Of a stretch of DNA of 30,802 nt, positions 1 through 6,488 are shown piece after piece; position 1 is the first letter of the stretch; each line of letters opens with the position of its first letter. The notes under the pieces were generated by a model, which saw only the letters and a program-made list of their open reading frames with translations, made no database searches and had not been told where the DNA came from. The position numbers and the translations under genes are program-made. Source of the DNA: a virus. Lineage: Duplodnaviria; Caudoviricetes. The stretch is from the IMG/VR virus record IMGVR_UViG_3300024529_000009, positions 1 through 30,802 of that record. One strand, written 5' to 3'.

Positions 1-3000
1 CACTTCTCTGTAACCTCAAGGATTTGGCGGCGATATCTCTAACCTGTTGTTCTGCCTCCGCTCTGTTTTTAACTTGTGCGTTGAGCTTTTTCTGCTCTGG
101 TGATGCCTTGTCCAGCTCATCATTGGCAGCTTTATTTGCGGCAATAACCTCTGCATAGATTTTGCTAGTTTGCTGTAGGTAGTCGTTTAACTGAGCTGCT
201 GCTATATTTAGACCTTCTTGGACACTCGCCCCCTCGCTGGTGGCATCAATATAAAGACTCTCGGCAATAGCTCTTGCATTACCATCTCCACCAGAAATGG
301 CATCTAGTCCGCGACTTTCAACGGTTCCAGCTCCCCCTCCCCTCAGTTTAACAACAGGTTTACCAAATCTCGTTGGCCCAACGGCTCCACCAGTAGCAAA
401 GCCCTCGACTCCCTTCTTGTTCATTTTATTTAGTCTACCATAACCGATAGACTCAGCAGCTTTCCTGCTGAACACAAACTCGCCCGGAGTGAGCATTGCA
501 GGAACAGTGTCAGATGGTGCTGGACCTTTAGCAGAGCCTCCGCTATTAAGGTAGTTTGTTCCGCCTGATTTTGTAAAACCTAGTTCTTTAAGCTCAGAAG
601 CTTTATACTTTCTACCTGTGGCAGTTTGAAAATCTGATAAAGAATATCCAGCTTGATCTGGACGTTTAGGGAATCTGGCTTTAAGAGCCTTTTGAAGACC
701 GGCCTTGTCGCCACTTCCGGTGTCGGCAGCCAAGTTCTTGTATGTGGCACTACCTTTGTATTCTGCGGCAATCTCTTGAGCGATTTTGCCCTTGATTCCT
801 TCTGTTTCCGCCGCTGCATAGCTAGATTTAGCATCAATGTAAGAACCGGGAAGGTTGTTATAATTATCTTTTACAGCACCATTAAGACCGTCTGGAAAAT
901 CAAAAGGAGCATTGGCAGGAGATGGTTTGAACTTACCTTTATTAGATAAGATATTAAGAGCGTTTTCAAAAGGTCCGCCTAACGCACCTGATGATCTAAT
1001 CTTTTCTTTTAGATTTCCTATATCATTTGGATCAGGCTTAACACTACCAAGACCTAGGTCTGAACCTAGACTACTAACGGCGTCGTTTACACCTTTAGCA
1101 GCACCGTCAAGAAGAGTGTCCTTGAACCCATCGGAGGTTTTTTGATTCAAGCCCTGCTTGACAACAGAATACTTTTGTGCAGCATATTCCTTATTAATTC
1201 CGTCTCGCTGTTCTTGTGTGGACTTTGTAATAAACGGTTTTACGTCTTTTATTCCAACATTTACACCTTCGGCAGCCAATCCTTGGTCTGGGTCAAGAAT
1301 AGCGGCCCCGACCTTTTTCTTGGTAGCGATTCCTCCAAGAGCCAATTTTAATGCAAGGTCTGGACCCCTACTATTTAGATCGAACATCTTGTCAAGGTCA
1401 TACTTTTCTCTTCTGGACTGACCGCCTTTATCGAGCATAAGTTGAATCTGACGCCTAGATCTATTTCCAGTTTTCAACTTTTGACTAATCGTTTCCCCGC
1501 TAGAAAGAACATCTCCAATTCTCAACTGGTCGGCACGAACTTTTCCTCCACCAGCGAGTTTTAACGATCTATCTTCCCCTCTCGATGTAAGGTCAAACAT
1601 TTTATCAAGATCGTATTTTTCTCTTCTGGACTGATCCCCTTTATCGAGCATAAGCTGGATTTGACGCCTAGCTTTATTTCCCGTTTTCAGCTTTTGACTA
1701 ACCGTTTCTCCACTAGATAAAACATCGCCAATTCTCAACTGGTCGGCACGAACTTTACCTCCACCGGCAAGCTTTAACGCCCTGTCTTCACCTCTCGATG
1801 TAAGATCAAACATCTTATCAAGATCGTATTTTTCTCTTCTGCTTACCTCACCCTTTGAGAGCATAAGTTGAATCTGACGCCTAGATCTATTTCCCGTTTT
1901 TAATTTCTGGTCAACAGTTTCTCCACTAGATAAAACATCTCCAATCCTAAGCTGGTCAGCTCGAATTTTTCCGCCAGCAGCCTTATATTGATAAGCACCG
2001 GATTTTAGAGAATTGCGTGAAAAGTCTGACTTCATTATGGGTGCATCAACCTTTCCATCAATTTCGTTCCAGTATTTCATTACCTTTCTTTTGTTTCCAG
2101 AAATCCGAACGTCGCCGCCCGATACAACTTGCAGTTGTCCGTTTTTGCGAAGCAGGTCGTACTTGAAACCGGTAAAAGTTGTTTTGCTTTCTATTAGCTT
2201 GTCTTGATTAGGAATCTGACCACCACCAGCAAATTTTTGAATCAAACCACCCAAAGCTCGGTCTTCTGGGCTGGGTGCCGCTGCGTTTTTTCTTCTTGTT
2301 CCATCTTTTTTTGTTACTCTATCTAATTCTTTAATATTGGTAGTGTCTTGAATAAGAGAGATTCTACCAAGGTTGATATTGTCTCCCTCTTTTTTGTCAG
2401 TAAGTTTCTGTCGCGTAAATTGTTTCTTAACTCGCTCGTCGGTTTTAGTGATCGGATCAATAGCGGCACCAACCAACTTCTCTCCCAGCACCTTATTGGA
2501 AACTGATGCAGTTTTACCTGCTCTAGTTAAACTTTTTATTTCGTAACGCTGTCCACCGGGGCCGGTTGCGTCAAGTCGAGAGTTGGCAGCATCTTTCTCC
2601 AAAGTAAGATTTTTCTGGTTTGCCACCACCTTTTCAAACGCAAGACCCCTTGCGGAAGCGTTGTTATCTTTAATTGCTTGCTTGTACTCTAGAACCCCTT
2701 TTGCCCTTTGGTCTAAATCGGCAACGTCAACCAGTTGGTCTTTCTGACGATTAAACGAAAACTCATCTGACGCATTAAAACGGGTAGCCTTTTTGTTGCC
2801 GCTACCAGATTGGTCAAACTCCTGATTTTCTGGCTTTCTATAGGTAGTATTGATATCAGCCACAAACTGCCTAGATTTTGTAAACTTCTTAACGTTATCC
2901 GTAACTTCAGCTGGACCACCAGCATTAAATTTTTGAGCCTCTGGTTCAGGATTTGCTTGAGTGGGCTTAATCAACGATATGTCAGTTGCTTTCTTTTTAA

Positions 3001-5077
3001 AGCTCTTAAAAATCTGGAGTATTTCCTGTGACTCTTTCTCATTTGCAGCATAACGAGATGCTTTTAATTGACCAACGCTTCTAGTGTCTCCACCGGCCTG
3101 AGTTTCCTCTGCCATCTCGACTCTTTTTTCTCTTCTAGCAGTTAGAGTCTCTTGGTCTGGGATAACGCCTACTATAGACTTAGCCGCCCTTACCAAGTCC
3201 ACAGTTGTTTGAGAAAGTGGAACCTCCTTGCCACCGACCTTTGTATTTTTCTTTGTGGTTTGTGCCCCGCTTAATACGATGAAATCCTCGTACTTCTCTA
3301 AGTCCGATTTAGACTTTACAAAATTTTCACCATAGATTTTTCTTGAAAGCGTTGTCTTACCTGAACCGGCTGGACCCCATACAAGTTGCTTGAGTTTTTT
3401 ACCGTCAACAATTGCCTGCCTGATCGCAATGGCTTCTTTTTTATCCTTGATCTGATCTGTGTCAAGAATACCCGTTTTACCACCCGCTGCAAATTTTTGT
3501 GCATTTGGGATACTTCCACCCTTAGCTCTTTTTACACCAGATCCTCCAGAGTTCATAGCCTGTAGACTGCTTGGACCTATAGCCTTAGCACTAGATTTTC
3601 TTATTACAAACTCGCCCGGTTCCAGCATGGCGGGAACAGTGTCTCCGTTCCCTTGGCCGGGAACAAATCCTCCGCGATTAAATCCAAGAATCTTGCCACC
3701 AGCGTTCCTTCTTTGAGAACCTCTACCAAAAAGCTGGGCTAATCCGGGTGCCAAGCTTCTGCCGAGTTTAATAGCAGCAAATTGAGTCAATAAAGGTAAA
3801 ACAGTCTCAAGAGACTCTGCAAATTTCAAAAAAGTGTTAGCAAGTTTAAGAACAAATTGGGCAGAATCTTGGAAAGTAGAACTGTCCGTAAATTTACGAA
3901 TAAGAGCGTCAAAAGATTCTCTAGTCTTTGCAAACTGAACAGACAAAGCTTTCTGTGCTTCTTGAGCATCCTTAGAGGTGGAGCCGACAGAGCGGTTAGC
4001 TACCGCTAATGCCTGTTGGGTAACCTGAAACTGCTTAATAAGAGGAATAACCTTACCAATCTGACGGAAACCACCAAGCTGTTCAACAATTTCATTAAAT
4101 CGAACATCTTTAGTATCCAATCCAGAAAGACCAATAGCCAATTTTTCAATAGCTTTTAGCGGTCCTACAAACTTACCCTCTGCGTCTTGAAGACTAATTC
4201 CAAGTTCATTAAGGGCTTCAATTGTGTCTTTCCTCTGCAACCTAGTAAAGATTGTACGGAATCCAGTTGCGATTGTTTCGGCACCTTCACGGGTAGTTTG
4301 ACGAACACTTGTGAACAGTGCTATCAATTCTTTGAGATTACCACCAGCGGCCTCGAACACACCACCAGTTCTACGAACTGTCGCGATGAGGTCGGAAGAT
4401 TCTACAGCAAAATTCTTAGAAACAGCGTTAATTGCATCCAAGGACTGCTCTAGGAATTTAATATCTTGACCAGTTTTAGCAGCCTCTCTACCGAACTGAT
4501 TAAGAATAGCAATTGCACCTTCCGTGGTGTCAATAATTGTATCAAAGGTAGGAGCTAAAGTTGTTTGTGCCAAAACTTCCAACGCCTGTCTGGTCTTTAA
4601 CGCAGAAAGGCCCGCTTGAGCTAACACTCTAGAAGTTTGAAGAAGTTCAGAATTGGCAACACCTAAGCTAGTAGAAAGCCTAGTAACCTCTTGCTCCAAA
4701 CCCTTTAACTGATCTAGACTTTTACCGGTAACCTGAGAAATTTTTACAAGCTCTCTTTGAAACTCAATAGCACTACTGATAGAAGTCTTGATACCTCTAG
4801 CAAGGGCAATAAAACTTCCCGTGGCTACAGTGATAACACTGAATCTACGAGCGGCCTCTGCAACATTTCGGCTCAAAAGATTAAAACTTTTAGAAGCTCT
4901 GTCTCCTTGTTTTGCAACACCACCCAAATTCTGCTGAACGGCAGCTAAATTCTTTGCGTTTTTCCCAATATCTAGATTGATTTTAATCCCACTCAGATCA
5001 CGCTGAATCTGGCTAGCAACCCTTTTTGTGTTAGGAGCTTGTAATTGAATTTCTGCCGTTAAGTTGAAAGCTGCCAT
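1..5077 (-). CDS. Tape measure protein, 3'-partial (>1690 aa), with internal multi-domain cargo cassette
   Basis: Manual translation from ATG at 5077 (MAAFNLTAEIQLQAPNTKR...) stays open to the window edge. The N-terminal ~455 aa resemble TP901-type TMP cores (AIEFQRELVKISQVTG, LAQAG, LDAINAVSKNFAVESSDL, ETIATGFRTIFTRL). It lies directly after the tail tube and chaperone genes. Confidence 0.93.
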   Translation of the reverse strand, partial: MAAFNLTAEIQLQAPNTKRVASQIQRDLSGIKINLDIGKNAKNLAAVQQNLGGVAKQGDRASKSFNLLSRNVAEAARRFSVITVATGSFIALARGIKTSISSAIEFQRELVKISQVTGKSLDQLKGLEQEVTRLSTSLGVANSELLQTSRVLAQAGLSALKTRQALEVLAQTTLAPTFDTIIDTTEGAIAILNQFGREAAKTGQDIKFLEQSLDAINAVSKNFAVESSDLIATVRRTGGVFEAAGGNLKELIALFTSVRQTTREGAETIATGFRTIFTRLQRKDTIEALNELGISLQDAEGKFVGPLKAIEKLAIGLSGLDTKDVRFNEIVEQLGGFRQIGKVIPLIKQFQVTQQALAVANRSVGSTSKDAQEAQKALSVQFAKTRESFDALIRKFTDSSTFQDSAQFVLKLANTFLKFAESLETVLPLLTQFAAIKLGRSLAPGLAQLFGRGSQRRNAGGKILGFNRGGFVPGQGNGDTVPAMLEPGEFVIRKSSAKAIGPSSLQAMNSGGSGVKRAKGGSIPNAQKFAAGGKTGILDTDQIKDKKEAIAIRQAIVDGKKLKQLVWGPAGSGKTTLSRKIYGENFVKSKSDLEKYEDFIVLSGAQTTKKNTKVGGKEVPLSQTTVDLVRAAKSIVGVIPDQETLTARREKRVEMAEETQAGGDTRSVGQLKASRYAANEKESQEILQIFKSFKKKATDISLIKPTQANPEPEAQKFNAGGPAEVTDNVKKFTKSRQFVADINTTYRKPENQEFDQSGSGNKKATRFNASDEFSFNRQKDQLVDVADLDQRAKGVLEYKQAIKDNNASARGLAFEKVVANQKNLTLEKDAANSRLDATGPGGQRYEIKSLTRAGKTASVSNKVLGEKLVGAAIDPITKTDERVKKQFTRQKLTDKKEGDNINLGRISLIQDTTNIKELDRVTKKDGTRRKNAAAPSPEDRALGGLIQKFAGGGQIPNQDKLIESKTTFTGFKYDLLRKNGQLQVVSGGDVRISGNKRKVMKYWNEIDGKVDAPIMKSDFSRNSLKSGAYQYKAAGGKIRADQLRIGDVLSSGETVDQKLKTGNRSRRQIQLMLSKGEVSRREKYDLDKMFDLTSRGEDRALKLAGGGKVRADQLRIGDVLSSGETVSQKLKTGNKARRQIQLMLDKGDQSRREKYDLDKMFDLTSRGEDRSLKLAGGGKVRADQLRIGDVLSSGETISQKLKTGNRSRRQIQLMLDKGGQSRREKYDLDKMFDLNSRGPDLALKLALGGIATKKKVGAAILDPDQGLAAEGVNVGIKDVKPFITKSTQEQRDGINKEYAAQKYSVVKQGLNQKTSDGFKDTLLDGAAKGVNDAVSSLGSDLGLGSVKPDPNDIGNLKEKIRSSGALGGPFENALNILSNKGKFKPSPANAPFDFPDGLNGAVKDNYNNLPGSYIDAKSSYAAAETEGIKGKIAQEIAAEYKGSATYKNLAADTGSGDKAGLQKALKARFPKRPDQAGYSLSDFQTATGRKYKASELKELGFTKSGGTNYLNSGGSAKGPAPSDTVPAMLTPGEFVFSRKAAESIGYGRLNKMNKKGVEGFATGGAVGPTRFGKPVVKLRGGGAGTVESRGLDAISGGDGNARAIAESLYIDATSEGASVQEGLNIAAAQLNDYLQQTSKIYAEVIAANKAANDELDKASPEQKKLNAQVKNRAEAEQQVRDIAAKSLRLQRS
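386..550 (-). repeat. Second copy of the TMP 'xNxGG...DTVPAMLxPGEFV...MN...FAxGG' box
   Basis: Translation LNSGGSAKGPAPSDTVPAMLTPGEFVFSRKAAESIGYGRLNKMNKKGVEGFATGG; the core shares 32/39 nt with the copy at 3605-3643. Confidence 0.9.
536..1330 (-). other. TMP cargo module (~265 aa): PD-(D/E)XK nuclease-like domain 2
   Basis: GGPFENAL (E codon at 967) ... NAPFDFPDG (D at 901) ... YIDAKSS (D 835, K 829); bounded by LALGG and LNSGG. Confidence 0.6.
1331..1969 (-). repeat. Three tandem 213-nt (71-aa) repeats within the TMP
   Basis: Units 1757-1969, 1544-1756, 1331-1543; unit K(I/V)RADQLRIGDVLSSGETxxQKLKTGNxxRRQIQLMLxKGxxSRREKYDLDKMFDLxSRGxDxxLKLAxGG. Confidence 0.97.
2246..2914 (-). other. TMP cargo module (~223 aa): PD-(D/E)XK nuclease-like domain 1
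   Basis: RGLAFEKVV (E at 2635) ... SRLDATGPGGQRYEIKS (D 2572, E 2542, K 2536); bounded by FNAGG and RALGG. Confidence 0.68.
2915..3478 (-). other. TMP cargo module (~188 aa): P-loop kinase-like domain
   Basis: Walker A LVWGPAGSGKTTLSR (GPAGSGKTT at 3350-3376) and lid-like PDQETLTARREKR (RxxxR); bounded by FAAGG and FNAGG. Confidence 0.72.
3479..3709 (-). repeat. First copy of the TMP 'xNxGG...DTVPAMLxPGEFV...MN...FAxGG' box
   Basis: Translation RNAGGKILGFNRGGFVPGQGNGDTVPAMLEPGEFVIRKSSAKAIGPSSLQAMNSGGSGVKRAKGGSIPNAQKFAAGG. Confidence 0.9.
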
Positions 5078-5094
5078 TTTTACCTTCTTATGCT

Positions 5095-5121
5095 AAAACT
5101 AACGGGGCAGAATATGCCCCG
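5095..5121 (-). terminator. GC-rich hairpin with imperfect U tract upstream of the TMP gene (terminator/attenuator candidate)
   Basis: Minus strand CGGGGCA-TATTC-TGCCCCG followed by TTAGTTTT. Confidence 0.55.
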
Positions 5122-5141
5122 CTACTATTTTCCCATAATCC

Positions 5142-5150
5142 TATACACAA
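5142..5150 (-). promoter_or_regulatory. TTGTGTATA motif, candidate late promoter for TMP
   Basis: Exact copy of a motif found in six intergenic gaps; 65 nt before the TMP ATG. Confidence 0.6.
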
Positions 5151-6113
5151 TTATTCTTTACTAGACGTTTTTTTTGATCTAGTAGATTTCTTTTTAGCCG
5201 TCTTTCCTTTAGACGCTGGAGCAACAAGATCTGCTTCATCTTCCAAGTCTTCTTTTTTAGCAGAAACGATGGGGTTTCCCTCTTCGTCTAGGAATGGCTG
5301 TCTAACTTCCTTGCCCTTCTCGACCCAAGTAACCTCTCCGTCTTCATCAGTAATAGCAACAACTTCGTTACCAGACCTGTTGACAAAATACTTATTTTCT
5401 TCTGTCTGTTTATCATTTCGATAGGCGACGTACCTGCCGTCTTCGTCAATAAGGTTTCCATCAAGGTCAACAAGATGCCCATCGGAGTTGACAAGTCTAA
5501 GTTCTTCATTTACATAATTAAACTCTTTGAGAAACTTGTTCTCTGCCAACTTATTATCGTAGTCAGGATCAAGGCCGTAAATCATACTAGCAAGCTCAGA
5601 AGAAGCTAGTGCCACCCAAGGCTGATCTCCGCTTGCATCGTAATCCTTTTGAGTTTGGAAGTACGGTTTTTTAGTCTTTGGATTCAGCATACAAAGTCTT
5701 ACTAACTCAGAGAACCTAGCGTTGTCGGCCTGCCCTTCGACAGAGTTTTGATCTAGTGAGTTTTTCTCTGCAATAAACTCTCTAAACTCATACCTTAGAC
5801 CTCTTAGTTCTAGTGCTATCTGTTTAGCTTCTGACAACTTGATGCCTCCACTATTAATAACAAGCTCTTTTGCATTGATCTCATCAACGAACCGGTCGTT
5901 CTCTGCTTGTTTGGCCTCATTCCAAATACCCTGCTCTGTCATGTAGTCAGTAAGTTTTTGACGCAGCAAAGCCCCTGAGTCCAAAGCTTTTCTAAAAGCC
6001 TTGTTGTACTCAATTTGAGAATCTCTGTATTCCTGTGGTCCCGGCGTTTTTAACATTACATTAACAGTATTGCCGTTCAAGTCCTGACCTTCGATGGTTT
6101 TGTTATTTTCCAT
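5151..6113 (-). CDS. Putative tail assembly chaperone (320 aa); paralog of 6489-7541
   Basis: Lies between tail tube and TMP; helical N-terminal half aligns by eye with the 350-aa protein; acidic then Lys-rich C-terminal tail. Confidence 0.6.
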   Translation of the reverse strand: MENNKTIEGQDLNGNTVNVMLKTPGPQEYRDSQIEYNKAFRKALDSGALLRQKLTDYMTEQGIWNEAKQAENDRFVDEINAKELVINSGGIKLSEAKQIALELRGLRYEFREFIAEKNSLDQNSVEGQADNARFSELVRLCMLNPKTKKPYFQTQKDYDASGDQPWVALASSELASMIYGLDPDYDNKLAENKFLKEFNYVNEELRLVNSDGHLVDLDGNLIDEDGRYVAYRNDKQTEENKYFVNRSGNEVVAITDEDGEVTWVEKGKEVRQPFLDEEGNPIVSAKKEDLEDEADLVAPASKGKTAKKKSTRSKKTSSKE

Positions 6114-6115
6114 TC

Positions 6116-6487
6116 TTACTCTCCTGAGTTACTTAGTGGTAAATTAATTTTATGTCTTTTTTTGGTAACTTCGTAATTTGAAAACTCGGATTCTAAATTT
6201 CTTATCTGATTATTGCCTTTGTCAAGTATATCTGCTCTGGCTTCATCATACATGTCCTTTAGCTGTTTCTGTTCCTGTGACAAATCTTCCAAATTGTCGT
6301 GCGACCACAAAAAACCAAAGCGTTTTTCTAAAACGTCTAACGCTCCTATCATTGTGGTTTGAATTTTCTTTTTGCAGGATTTAAAAAGCTCGTCTTTGGA
6401 AACCTCTTTTTTTCTCTGCTCTCTAACGTTCCTCAAGTCAATAGACTTTTTTAAGAACTTGTTGTACTCTGGACCTTCTGAACTCAT
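6116..6487 (-). CDS. Hypothetical helical protein in tail chaperone cluster (123 aa)
   Basis: ORF packed 1-2 nt from both neighbours; charged helical composition. Confidence 0.7.
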   Translation of the reverse strand: MSSEGPEYNKFLKKSIDLRNVREQRKKEVSKDELFKSCKKKIQTTMIGALDVLEKRFGFLWSHDNLEDLSQEQKQLKDMYDEARADILDKGNNQIRNLESEFSNYEVTKKRHKINLPLSNSGE

Positions 6488-6488
6488 G

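Noticed and set aside
974-988. GALGG as another module boundary (also TQAGG near 3095 and TKSGG at 560-574)
   Set aside because: They do not fit [FLMKR][AN]xGG; GALGG and TQAGG lie inside predicted nuclease and kinase domains.
1331-1969. Intein/Hint domain suggested by 'ADQLRIGDVL'
   Set aside because: The units are only 71 aa and lack an N-terminal Cys/Ser block, TxxH and a terminal HN; the motif also fits KOW/SH3 barrels.
1331-1969. CRISPR array or DGR template/variable repeats
   Set aside because: Contiguous in-frame 213-nt units without spacers; differences are not adenine-specific; no cas or reverse transcriptase gene in the window.
580-4948. Short ORFs listed by the track in the first 5 kb
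   Set aside because: All are antisense or off-frame shadows of the continuous TMP frame.
6114-6420. -1 frameshift at the A-run (~6407-6413) fusing the 123-aa and 320-aa ORFs
   Set aside because: The -1 frame has a stop at 6129-6131 before the 320-aa ORF begins, and I saw no slippery site after it.
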